From NCBI GenBank assembly GCA_002269645.1, contig NIVC01001337.1:1-46716 (forward strand): a stretch of DNA of 46,716 bases, read 5' to 3'. Both the position numbers and the translations under genes were made by a program. Below the pieces are notes generated by a model that saw only the letters and a list, made by a program, of their open reading frames with translations, had not been told where the DNA came from and did not search any database. Shown here piece by piece: positions 15,138 to 26,161 of this stretch (the stretch's first letter is position 1; every line of letters starts with the position of its first letter). The stretch is from Macrostomum lignano. Lineage: Eukaryota.

Positions 15138-16337
15138 GCCAGCACCCTGATGGGTTCCAACGGGACCATGGGGCTCAGCTGAGGGTGACAGCTCTGACTG
15201 TGATTTACTGCCAATAGAATGCCGCGCTGTTCGCTGGGAGATGTTCTTACTTATTTACAGTTACTCACTGCAACAATCAGCTAAATGCAACCAAAGCGAT
15301 CAGTGGGAGCAATTTTAACTCTTAAAATGCAACTCTTTTTTTACCAAAACCTTTCGCGATTTCACCAAGTATGCCGCAGAAATTGAAAATGATTATAATA
15401 TCGCAAAACTGATTTTTTAAATGCGATTTTCGCATGTTTTTCGCTAGTAATTCCAAGATGATTGACTCGCTTCTCTGTTTTATTCAATGAAATGCTGCAA
15501 AGAGACCAGTTTTTTTCGCTTTTTTCGCTCAAATAAATTGATCAATTCAGGAGTTTCAAGAGAAATTCAAACAAAAGCATCATTGTTATTTCTCAGAAAG
15601 GCCATGCAGCCCAGTAGACACCCAGACTGGCCTTTCCAGCCTCCCGCACCGCTGCATCCAAATCTCAAACTGTACCGCAGTTGTCAGTGCTTGAGCGGTT
15701 GAGTAAAACTCTGTCTGAGCCGCCCCAAAAGTAGCGAGTCTGCCCCGTCACCCCACAGAGCACACGCCAGAGGAGGGCCTTGGGGTGGTGGGGGTGGAGC
15801 ACCGCTATGTGTGTGCAGGCAGGCGGGTGGAAGGATGAGAACTGAGTGTACATGAGCCCATGGCTGCACTCGCGCTCTGGCCCAAGCGCACACAAGTTGG
15901 TCTCCAACCCTCCCCCCCATGCGCTCTGCCACTGAAGTTGGGCTTCGGGGCTGAGAAACGGGCAGAGAGCTCTGGCCCGACGCGCGCTGTCGCTGCAGGA
16001 AAAGAGAGAAATCTTTACACTTGCACCTTCCCGGTTGGAGAGGCCTGAGTTGAATTCCCAAATAACCGCAGTTCTTCCACGTTCCGGCCTCCCAAGTTTG
16101 AATTGCCGGCACTTCTGCGACGTTTCCGCGAAACTGCCAGAGAGAGACGTTTGCACAGGTAGATTGGATTCGTGCTCTGAGTCATTTCTCCTACTCAATA
16201 TTGCAGTGCTATTGATAGAAAAGCGAGCTTGGAGTTCGGAAACTTTCGCTACAAGCGCATTTTTCTGGTATCGTTTGATCAATTTGAGAACTGAACGCTA
16301 AGGCTGCTTCGCCGCTCCCTTCCAGGCTGTCCCCGCC

Positions 16338-17591
16338 ATGGCGCAGTTCTTCAGGCGCCTGTCCTCGTCATCGGTGACTGCGGCTGCCGCCGCCGCGGCC
16401 CTCCTAGGCTCTGGAGCCGCCATCAGAAGCGCCTTCGCCAGTCACCGGGAGGCGCCGGTGGAGACCAGGCCGTCCGCTGTGATACCGCGGACGAGCCTGG
16501 CAGCGTGGGCCGCGGCCAGCAGTGGCGACGGCAGACCGGGAGCATCAGGCGGCGAACAGCAGGCCGCTGGAGTCAGCAACTACAGGGAGCGCCGGTTCCA
16601 GGACTTCGCCTCTGTCGAGTTCGAAGGGGTGCCGTACATGACGCCGCAGGACTTCTTGGAGTCGGTGACGCAGGACCGGCCGCGCTACCGGAAGCGCCGG
16701 CTCGTGTTGTCGCAGTCGGAGCTGGCCAGCGCCCTCTACAAGACGCCATCGCGCTGGTGGGCGTCCAGCAAGCTGTTCCGCAGCCTTGGCAGCGACGGGA
16801 TTATCTCCTACGCCGAGTACCTGTTCCTGCTGTGCATCCTGGCTAAGCCCAAGGCCGGCTTCGAGATCGCCTTCAAGATGCTCGACCTGGCCAAGAACCA
16901 GCGGGTGGACAAGCGCGAGTTCACCGTGCTCAACAAGATGATGTCACGCCAGCCCGGGGATCTGCAGCCCATCGACATCGATGACATGACGCCCGTGCAG
17001 GACACCACGATCATGCTGCACTTCTTCGGCCGCAGCGGCAACGACAAGCTGGACTTCAAGGAGTTCAGCAAGTTCATGAACAACCTGCAGACCGAGGTGC
17101 TGGAGATCGAGTTCGCCGAGTTCTCGCGCGGCCTGCAGACCATCTCCGAGAGCGAGTTCGCGCAGGTGCTGCTGCGCTACACGCACCTGTCGGACGAGAA
17201 CCAGCAGGTCTACCTGCAGCGAGTCAAGGAGAAGCTGGTCCGAGAGGAGGGCATCAAGTTCGAGGACTTCCGGCTGTTCTTCCAGTTCCTGAACCACCTG
17301 GAGGACTTCACCATGGCGATGAAGATGTACTCGCTGGCCGGCCACTCCATCAGCCAGGAGGAGTTCCAGCGGGCTGTCAAGGCCTGCGTCGGGTACACGC
17401 TGGCGCCGCACCTGGTGGCCACGGTGTTCCTGCTGTTCGACAAGGACGATGACGGGCACCTGAGCTACCACGAGTTCCTTAGCATCCTGAAGGACCGGCT
17501 GAGAGGCCTGAGCTCGCGTCCGGCCAGCGCCGACACCGCCACGGAGAAGTTCAAGCGCTGCGTGGGGCAGCAAATGCGCGAAGAGAGCTGA
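16338..17591 (+). CDS. MICU3: Mitochondrial calcium uptake protein, MICU2/MICU3 type, intronless
   Basis: 417 aa with an Arg/Ser/Ala-rich presequence, RERRFQDFASVEFEGVPYMTPQDFLESV, DGIISYAEYLFLLCILAKPKAGFEIAFKMLD and a C-terminal EF-hand DKDDDGHLSYHEF. MICU2 versus MICU3 cannot be resolved by eye. Confidence 0.9.
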   Translation: MAQFFRRLSSSSVTAAAAAAALLGSGAAIRSAFASHREAPVETRPSAVIPRTSLAAWAAASSGDGRPGASGGEQQAAGVSNYRERRFQDFASVEFEGVPYMTPQDFLESVTQDRPRYRKRRLVLSQSELASALYKTPSRWWASSKLFRSLGSDGIISYAEYLFLLCILAKPKAGFEIAFKMLDLAKNQRVDKREFTVLNKMMSRQPGDLQPIDIDDMTPVQDTTIMLHFFGRSGNDKLDFKEFSKFMNNLQTEVLEIEFAEFSRGLQTISESEFAQVLLRYTHLSDENQQVYLQRVKEKLVREEGIKFEDFRLFFQFLNHLEDFTMAMKMYSLAGHSISQEEFQRAVKACVGYTLAPHLVATVFLLFDKDDDGHLSYHEFLSILKDRLRGLSSRPASADTATEKFKRCVGQQMREES

Positions 17592-18493
17592 TCACGTGAC
17601 CAGCTGATCACGTGACCTCGGCTCACTGACTGACTTTTGACTCGTCGGGATTGTTTCGATGCGGCACGAGTTTCACTTTGCCTGCAGCTGAACTTGCCCA
17701 AGAATGCTGCAGCCCTGGCTCTGCGCCCATTCTTGGGGAACATTTCGATTGTTTTTCAATATTTAGCCAATCTTTTCTGTTATTACATAATTTCCTCAAG
17801 TTCTTAGAGCACCAATCCTTATTTATCGAAAATTTTATATCCTTTCCTTTGTCCTTCCCTATTAATCCAGCTACGCTAACCACATTGCTAAGCCAGCGCA
17901 CTATTAGGATATTTTTCCATATCAATTTATATTTACTTGTATAGAATTCTAAATAGAATCTCACTCAGCTGCATTGACCAGTTGACTCTGCAAGCTTCCA
18001 TTGCATGCCGCAGTGCAGTTTTACTGCAATGAAATTCGATTCGGCCGCACAAAATTCGCTTTGGGCCGCAGGCGCCCCGCCCTTATCTGCCCGAGCGACG
18101 GGCGCGAAAGTCAGTAACTCAGAAGTTCGAAGTTGCAATTTCGAACTTCGAACTGGCTGCCTAACGACTAACTTCTCGAGGACAGGCCGCCTGTCTGTTA
18201 AGATATTGTTTCGAAAGGAAATTGGCATTTGAAGTGCGCGGCACAATGCCGAACTTTTGACTGACGCAGCTGACATGCCGTCACGAGCTTTCCCGAGTCG
18301 GCCTGCTCGGCTGCGTTGCCAACGCAACCAGACGAATAAAATTGGATCAAGTGAATTGCGCTCAACAGCTGCTGCCGTTCGGCCTGTCAATCACCAATGA
18401 AACGCACAGCAGGGGCTGAAGGCCTGTCAAAAACTGGGCGATAATTATTACCTGGCAAGATCCCTAGTCCAAAGGTCCCTGATTGCAGGTATT

Positions 18494-19560
18494 CCCGAGT
18501 CCCCAGATCCCCCCCCCGAGTCCCCAGACACCCTCCGAGTCCCCAGATCCCCTCCGAGTTCCCAGATCCCCTCTGAGTCCCCAGATACCCTCCGAGTCCC
18601 CAGATCCCCTCCGAGTTCCCAGATCCCCTCTGAGTCCCCAGATCCCCTCCGAGTCCCCAGATCCCCCCCCGAGTCCCCAGATCCCTCCGAGTCCCCAGAT
18701 TCCCTCCGAGTCACTAGATCCCATTCGAGTCCCCAGATCCCCTCCGAGTCCCCAGATCCCCTTCGAGTCCCCAGATCCCCTTCGAGTCCCCAGATTCCCT
18801 CCGAGTCACTAGATCCCATTCGAGTCCCCAGATCCCCTCCGAGTCCCCAGATCCCCTTCGAGTCCCCAGATCCCCTTCGAGTCCCCAGATTCCCTCCGAG
18901 TCCCCAGATCCCCTCCGAGTCCCCAGCTCCATTTGACTCCCCAGATCCCTTTGAGTCCCCAGATCCCTCCGAGTTCCCAGATCCCCTCCTAGTCCCCAGA
19001 TCCTCCCTAGTCCCCAGATCCCTCCGAGTCCCCAGATCCCCTTCGAGTCCCCAGCTCCATTTGACTCCCCAGATCCCTTTGAGTCCCCAGATCCCTTTGA
19101 GTCCCCAGGTCCCTTTGAGTCCCCAGATCCCTCCGAGTCCCCAGATCCCTCCGAGTCCCCAGATCCCTCCGAGTCCCCAGATCCATTTGACTCCCCAGAT
19201 CCCCTTCGAGTCCCCAGATTCCCTCCGAGTGCCCAGATCCCCTCCGAGTGCCCAGATCCCCTTCGAGTCCCCAGATCCCCTCTGAGTGCCCAGATCCCAT
19301 TCGAGTCCCCAGATCCCCTCTGAGTCCCCAGATCCCCTTCGAGTCCCCAGATCTCATTCGAGTGCCTAGATCCCCTCCGAGTGCCCAGATCCCATTCGAG
19401 TGCCTAGATCCCCTTAGAGTGCCCAGTTCCCTTCCGAGTGCCCAGATCTTTCTGAGTCCCCAGATTTCTCTGAGTCCCCTGATCTCTCTAAGTCCCAGAT
19501 CATCTGATTCCCCAGATCCTATGATTCCCCAGATACCCTCCGAGTCCCCAGATTCCTCTG
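18494..19560. repeat. ~18-20-bp C-rich minisatellite (GAGTCCCCAGATCCCCTCC)
   Basis: Long degenerate array; same core as 23190-23630. Confidence 0.95.
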
Positions 19561-20489
19561 GGGTGCCAAAAAAGTTCGTCCAACAAAAATGATGTTTAAT
19601 CAAAGTTCGTTGGAAAAAGTGTAGGCAAATGTGGGACATATTCAATAACAAATAACGCAATTTTGTGGCACAATTACTTTTAGTAGCATCAAATGTTTTT
19701 ATACCTGTAAAACATTCGAGGAACGAGCCCCATACTTTGTTGAAAAAATTCTGTATACTTATTTGTACTCGTACCTGTAAATTGGTTAAATATTCTGCTC
19801 CCTTTTATAAACCTCTTTTATAAATAAGACGAAAGCTTAAATCAAGTATTTCCATTACAAGTTGCATTACACCTGCTATTAATGCAACTCATTGAATTTC
19901 CAGTTTTCCAGTTTCCAGTTTCCAGTTTCCAGGCGTTGAATTACTTTATATTTTGCTGCCTTAATTAAGAACCCGTTGTCCCGTCAGCTACTACTGACAG
20001 CAGTGAGGGTCTTGGATCCGTTTGAGCATCAGAATAACCCACTGGAAAATCGCATCTGATTTGTTATGCTGTATTATAAATTTAATCATTAGCAAAGTCC
20101 ATATTCAGTAAGCCGATTCCTTCACTAGGAGTTCATTCTCAGGAACTTATTGATGACATTCAATGCAAATTAATGCTAAGCTCATTCGTCAGTTGCTCTT
20201 TGCTTCTTTGACTGAAACAGCTGCACAAAGAAGACTTGAGAAGCTCATCTGAGTGGCTATATGGATGAAGGTCACCTGCTGTGGTGGAAAAACTAGCTGC
20301 GTGGGTCTTACAGGCTATTTGCATTTGTAAATCGAACATCGAAACATCGAATTGATTGTTTTACGCACCCTGCGAGCTTGGCATGCCATTGATAAACTGC
20401 AATGAACCTTTTTTCCAGTTTGACAGGCTCTGGCTCGGCTGAGGAAGAATTCGCTGTGTTTGACCAGAAGCGGGATAGCGAACTTTGCC

Positions 20490-20978
20490 TGCGGGACGTT
20501 TGCCAGTCGACGTTTGCCTGCGGGAAGTTTGCCAGCCGACGTTTCCCTGCGGGAAGTTTGCCAGCCGACGTTTGCCAGCCGACGTTTGCCAGCCGACGTT
20601 TGCCAGCCGACGTTTGCCAGCCGACGTTTGCCAGCCGACGTTTGCCAGCCGACGTTTGCCAGCCGACGTTTGCCAGCCGACGTTTGCCAGCCGACGTTTG
20701 CCAGCCGACGTTTGCCAGCCGACGTTTGCCTGCGGGACGTTTGCCAGCCGACGTTTGCCAGCCGACGTTTGCCAGCCGACGTTTGCCAGCCGAAGTTTGC
20801 CAGCCGACGTTTGCCAGCCGAAGTTTGCCAGCCGACGTTTGCCAGCCGACGTTTGCCAGCCGACGTTTGCCAGCGGGAAGCTTGCCAGCCGACGTTTGCC
20901 AGCGGGAAGCTTGCCAGCCGACGTTTGCCAGCCGACGTTTGCCAGCCGACGTTTGCCAGCCGACGTTTGCCAGCCAGC
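20490..20978. repeat. 14-bp minisatellite (GCCAGCCGACGTTT)
   Basis: About 34 copies; explains the four overlapping ORFs at 20315-21026. Confidence 0.95.
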
Positions 20979-21699
20979 ATTAAGTCAGTGAGTGAACAAT
21001 TTGATGCTAAAAGTTTGGCGGTTTAAAAAAAGTTCGAAAACAAAATCTATACAAATTATGCAGTTCATCAATCTAACTTCTAGTTTAACAACAATTTCTT
21101 TGAATATGAAAATATTATAAAGTTCACTTCTGACAGTTTTGTATCGCTTTTCCCACTTTGAGATGTTTGATTTTTGATTTGCGAATGAAGACGCGCAAAT
21201 TTAAACGAGAATCCGCGGCGAACCAAGTTTTGATCAAATAAAAGAACTGCTGGCTTATACATTTCCCAGTTCATTGGGCGATCCAAAAGTAAGCGAATTA
21301 ATTCCAATGCAGCTTGTCAAGTGCACGCTGTCATGGCCAAAGTCCCTTAAGCAGAGTTTGGCTTTTGAGTTAAGTATATATAGGCGAGACTAAGCCAATA
21401 CCATTATGGATGTCTCAGTCTTTTCCCATTTAGCTTGTAAACACTTGGCTTGTTTGGCCACTGAGATGGAAAGGGCCATTCCATGGCATTCATAGACATC
21501 AACTGTGACGATGGAAACTCATATTTTGTATTTTGACCTTCCTATTTCGGCAGAAAAGAGCAATAACTTCAATAAGTTTGTTAGTAACCTGTATATTTAA
21601 TAGCAGTAGCAGGGAGCGAGCTGGAATTAGATTATTGCTATGTCCACAGTTTTCAAATGCAAGTACATGCAAGCCTACAGAGGGCAGACTTCCAGGCAC

Positions 21700-21940
21700 C
21701 GTTCACCGCACCGTTCCAGGCGGTGATCGAGACCGTTCTGTTGTACAACGCCAAGACCTGGACGCTGACGGAATCGCTCGAACAGCAGGTCGATGCGGCG
21801 CACGCTGGCCTGCTGCGCCTTCAAGATCGGCTAGGAGCGAGTCACCAATGCGGCACTCTATCGCTGCACCGGCCTGTCCCGTCCCAGCGAACTGTTGTTG
21901 ACGCACCGTCAGCGACTGCCTGCTGGCTGATCCTGGCGCC
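21700..21940 (+). mobile_element. Decayed RTE-like LINE fragment (region C-terminal to the RT)
   Basis: FQAVIETVLLYNAKTWTLTESLEQQVDAAHAGLLR matches the LYGxETWTL motif region of RTE-type LINEs. It continues over a frameshift and stop to VTNAALYRCTGLSRPSELL. Confidence 0.75.
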
Positions 21941-22470
21941 CCGGACTCTGCCAGCGGTGTGGCTTACGTTCGCGCCCAGGCCCTGAAACGCACCCTGTGA
22001 CGCTGCCTTGCCTCTCATGACTCGCTTGACATGCTGACAGCGTATTTTGTTGTTGCAGTTGTCTTCATGAAATATGTTGCTCTTTAGAATCTGTGGCGCC
22101 CCAGCATCGCTCATGATGGCCTTGATCCCTTGATGTTTAGGGCAGTAGAAGGCAGTCGAATTTCTCTTGTTACTTGTGTGTTTAGCGCCTGTTGTGCCGC
22201 ATGGCCCGGTCTGTCAAGACCTGTTCCACTGCCTCTGCTTTCTCTTCCCATCAAGCCTTCCGGAGCATTTTCTAGATTAGAGCTCCCCGTTAGGTCTGCT
22301 TTTTTGTCTGCGTTGAAGCCTGACTGCTATGTGATGAGCAGGACAGGAAGTGTCTACCGAGTTTTTAACATTCTTCTGCCGCTGCTATTTCTGCTATTTC
22401 TGCTATTCTAAACCTCGTTTGGCGTTCTTTTATTGCGGCTTCTTTTTTGTGTGCAAATTCCATTCTACTT

Positions 22471-22708
22471 GTGGAAATATATATAATCCATAGAAATAAA
22501 GACTTTCCGTGACAATATTTGCGTTCTCCGGGATTTTATTTGGTAATATCCAATAATATCCCGTAAAGTCTTTATGTCTATGGTTTATACGAGATTACAC
22601 ATGCCTTTTTCGGGAGTTATTTTCATAAATCCCTCGGGCCTCAGGCCCTCGTGATTTATACAAAAAACTCCCTCAAAAGGCATGTTTAATCTGATACATA
22701 ATTTCCAC
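22471..22708. mobile_element. Small foldback element: two adjacent long hairpins inside short terminal inverted repeats
   Basis: Hairpin 1 about 22481-22590 (CCATAGAAATAAAGACTTT / AAAGTCTTTATGTCTATGG). Hairpin 2 at 22592-22692, symmetric about TCA at 22641-22643. Outer pair GTGGAAAT / ATTTCCAC. Confidence 0.6.
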
Positions 22709-22850
22709 TGCGGGGATCGGTTCACAACACGACATGGCGACTTTGCATGCGCCATAGACATCCGATCTCATCGTGTTTCCTATCGATCCCTAATGTATCC
22801 CACACTACTGATTACTGAATCCTGACCAGCTTGATTTGCCTTATTTTTAG

Positions 22851-23164
22851 ATTGAGTGTCCCAGCTGCCTATCCTGGACGAACACTGTTCCTGCATCGGC
22901 CAACATAGACACGCTGTGAGGGTGCTCCCTGTGCATTATTAATGGTTCTCTATTATAATTAAATTATTTTCCCGCTTTTTTATGTGCCATCAAAGTGCGA
23001 AATAAACTATTGCTATATTTTTCTTGCTTTGCACTACAAGGCAAATACTGAGGTACCTGACTGCACATTGTCTTGTCCGCTCCAGTGGTCGACTGAACGA
23101 GACAGTTCTGTTTGAGACCAACCGCCCAGTGCTGATGCCCTGCAAAATGCATCTTGAAACCATG
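22851..23164 (+). CDS. Possible internal exons (22851-22915, 23041-23164) of an unidentified gene
   Basis: TTTTTAG|, |GTGAGG, CTACAAG|, |GTAGGT in a consistent phase giving IECPSCLSWTNTVPASANIDTLQILRYLTAHCLVRSSGRLNETVLFETNRPVLMPCKMHLETM. No homology recognised, and a minus-strand reading is also possible. Confidence 0.25.
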
Positions 23165-23189
23165 GTAGGTTGGCTTCTTGCGCGGGCTT

Positions 23190-23630
23190 CGAGTCCCCAG
23201 ATCCCCCCAGATTCACCAGATCCCCTCCGAGTTCCCAGATCCCCCCAGATTCACCAGATCCCCTCTGAGTTCCCAGATCCCCCAGATTCACCAGATCCCC
23301 TCCGAGTTCCCGGATCCCCCCAGATTCACCAGATCCCCTCCGAGTTCCCAGATCCCCCAGATTCACCAGATCCCCTCCGAGTTCCCAGATCCCCCCAGAT
23401 TCACCAGATCCCCCCGAGTCCCCAGATCCCCCCAAGTCCCCAGATCCCCCCGAGTCCCCAGATCCCCCCGAGTCCCCAGATCCCCTCCGAGTTCCCAGAT
23501 CCCCTCCGAGTCCCCAGATCCCCCCGAGTCCCCAGATCCCCCCGAGTCCCCAGATCCCCTCCGAGTTCCCAGATCCCCTCCGAGTCCCCAGATCCCCCGA
23601 GTCCCCAGATCCCCGAGTCCCCAGATCCAT
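23190..23630. repeat. C-rich CCCAGATCCCC-core minisatellite (same family as 18494-19560)
   Basis: Mixed units CCCAGATTCACCAGATCCCCTCCGAGTT and GAGTCCCCAGATCCCC. Confidence 0.93.
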
Positions 23631-23879
23631 CGCAGGCACAACACAAATAAACTCTGCTATTGTAAGTCTGATTTTCATGCACAACAAAAACACAATAACA
23701 CAAGAGAATAAATGTTAACGGGCTTTTTAGCAGGTTGAGATTTAGATTTCATAAATCTGTGTGCATTAGGCGATATTCTATTGCTTAAAGCTACTTACAG
23801 TAGCATGTAACAGTCAGGGCGCAGCCCAGTCAGTTCAAGCAAATCAGAGCGACAGTTCAGCACTGCGCCTCCGCCGCAG

Positions 23880-24569
23880 TCAAAGCAGCAGCCGCACCTC
23901 AGCCCGGAAGCGGATCGCCCGGCCCTCATCGCCCAGCCGGTCCCGGCACGGCGCCAGCCGGAAGCTCATGCGGAACGGGCCGGCCATGCTGGCCTCGAAC
24001 TCGAACTGGCCGAGCGGCCGGGCCATCAGCAGGCGCAGCCGGGAGCGGCTCTGCGCCAGGCAGAACAGGTGGCGCTGGCTGAGCCAGGCCAGCAGCTCGG
24101 GCTCGCGGCTGCTCAGGAAGTCGTACAGACTCAGCCTGCCGAACAGGCCGGCGGCGATGAGGCGGCGCGTGGCCGCCACCAGCAGCGAGTCCTGCGCCTG
24201 CAGCAGCGAGTTGTTGAAGGGCAACAGCGAGGCCAGGATGGCCGGCTGCTGGCCGGCCGGGCGGGGAAGCTGCGGCCGGATGTCGAACTCGGCCAGCACG
24301 AGTCCCGGCACCTCCGGGCCGAGGCCGCAGCAGCTGCCCGGCGAGCGGCCCAGCGAGCGGACGGCATCCTCGTAGCGGGCGGCGAAGGCGAAGTAGGCGG
24401 CGGCGGACACGTTCAGGAGAATCGGCGAGGCCGCCGCCTGCGCCCGGCCGCTGCGCCGGTCCGCCAGCCACGGCGGCGGCAGCCAGGCCGGGTAGTCGGC
24501 GCAGGCGGGGCTGCCCGAAGCTTCAGCAGCCGCGGCAGCCACCGTCAGCAGCAGCAGCATTGAGAACAT
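23880..24569 (-). CDS. Orphan secreted protein A, 229 aa, intronless
   Basis: ATG at 24569 (or 24560) to TGA; strong GC3 bias; signal-peptide-like MFSMLLLLTVAAAAAEA; 5 Cys; no family recognised. Confidence 0.7.
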   Translation of the reverse strand: MFSMLLLLTVAAAAAEASGSPACADYPAWLPPPWLADRRSGRAQAAASPILLNVSAAAYFAFAARYEDAVRSLGRSPGSCCGLGPEVPGLVLAEFDIRPQLPRPAGQQPAILASLLPFNNSLLQAQDSLLVAATRRLIAAGLFGRLSLYDFLSSREPELLAWLSQRHLFCLAQSRSRLRLLMARPLGQFEFEASMAGPFRMSFRLAPCRDRLGDEGRAIRFRAEVRLLL

Positions 24570-25062
24570 CTCGTGGGGTTCAGCCTGGCCAAGGCCGGCT
24601 CGCATCCGCCGTTTTATGCAGCCAGCGGGGCGGCGGCGGGGGAGGCCGCGGATGTAGCGGCTGAGCGAACTGCGCACAGCTCGGGTTGGGCCGGCAGCGA
24701 CATTTCGGTTGAAATTCCTCACTTGCTTCAGCCGTTTAAAATTGCTTCAATGCTAAAGGTCTGCTTTGAAGAAATTTTACTTGATATTTCTGAAACCGAA
24801 GGCGAAGGCTGTTGGGGCTTGGTTCCGTTTGGGAGTACGCAAAACACCCGCCATAACTGTTTTAATTCTGCAATACAACTTGGCTCACATTAGTGATTCT
24901 GCTGTACGGAAGCTTGAAAGCAATGTGACTTTGAGTACTGTTTAACTCAGACGTGCGACTGAATCGGATTAATGTACAGGCAGGTAATTTCTGGGTACAT
25001 TGGGGCCACACTGCTGGACAGAGGCCTCGCTGAGTGCAGTAGGGTCACATACAGTTAGACAT

Positions 25063-25460
25063 AGACAGCCTGTTAGACAGTCTGTTAGACAGCCTGTTAG
25101 ACAGCCTGTTAGACAGCCTGTTAGACAGCCTGTTAGACAGCCTGTTAGACAGCCTGTTAGACAGCCTGTTAGACAGCCTGTTAGACAGCCTGTTAGACAG
25201 CCTGTTAGACAGCCTGTTAGACAGCCTGTTAGACAGCCTGTTAGACAGCCTGTTAGACAGCCTGTTAGACAGCCTGTTAGACAGCCTGTTAGACAGCCTG
25301 TTAGACAGCCTGTTAGACAGCCTGTTAGACAGCCTGTTAGACAGCCTGTTAGACAGCCTGTTAGACAGCCTGTTAGACAGCCTGTTAGACAGCCTGTTAG
25401 ACAGCCTGTTAGACAGCCTGTTAGACAGCCTGTTACACAGTCTGTTAGACAGCCTGTTAG
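25063..25460. repeat. 12-bp minisatellite (AGACAGCCTGTT)
   Basis: About 33 almost perfect copies between the two secreted-protein genes, starting ~20 nt after the stop of protein B. Confidence 0.97.
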
Positions 25461-25480
25461 AGATCTAGCAAATAAAAGTC

Positions 25481-25969
25481 TCAGTCAGTCCAGGGCAGCA
25501 GCGCTGCCGACCGCAGCATGTACGCCATGTGCAGCACCCAGCGATCGCCGATCCAGAAGCAGTTCTTCCTGCCGTGCGGCGCCACGCCAGGGCCGTCGCA
25601 GTCGCTGATCTTGGTGTCCCAGGCGGTGGACAGGCCGGCGAATGTCCGGTTGCCAGCGTCGCGGAGGCTGACTCGCACGAACTCGTCGCTGCAGTAGAAC
25701 AGCTCGATGCAGCCCGGGCTGGCGATGTCGAACTCCATCCAGGCCAGCTCCGGCCCGGGCTCCTCGAAGGTCACGTGACCCCTGGCGCGGCAGGTGAGGC
25801 CGCGGACAACCGGTAGCAGAAGCAGCCAGTCGGGGCTTTTGCCGCGGTGCCTGCTGAGATCCTTCTCCTGGATGTCCAGGCACTGCAGCTCCACCCAGGT
25901 GTCCATCTGGGTGCCCGGAGCCGCTGATGCAGCAAGTGCAGCGGCTGAGAGCAGCAGAAGCACCCGCAT
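25481..25969 (-). CDS. Orphan secreted protein B, 162 aa, intronless
   Basis: ATG..TGA; strong GC3 bias; signal-peptide-like MRVLLLLSAAALAASAA; 6 Cys; one N-glycosylation sequon (NRT). Confidence 0.72.
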   Translation of the reverse strand: MRVLLLLSAAALAASAAPGTQMDTWVELQCLDIQEKDLSRHRGKSPDWLLLLPVVRGLTCRARGHVTFEEPGPELAWMEFDIASPGCIELFYCSDEFVRVSLRDAGNRTFAGLSTAWDTKISDCDGPGVAPHGRKNCFWIGDRWVLHMAYMLRSAALLPWTD

Positions 25970-26161
25970 TGCTGGATTTGCACTTTTCGAATTGCTGCTT
26001 TTTATTACTTTAGCAGAGTGTCTGTTAAATAGCTCCGTAGGAAGCTGTGGGCTTCATCAGGGGAACTCGGCCACAGACATAAACTTGGCGTGCATGTCCA
26101 CTGCTGCTTAACTCCTCTACACAAAAATATGAGAAATTCACCCGTGAATTAGTGAATGAAA

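Noticed and set aside
15665-16282. 205-aa minus-strand ORF upstream of MICU
   Set aside because: Non-ATG start, no codon bias, no recognisable motif; overlaps the likely MICU promoter/5' UTR.
17623-17964. AT-rich ORFs on both strands 3' of MICU
   Set aside because: No recognisable domain; only a faint resemblance to LINE C-termini.
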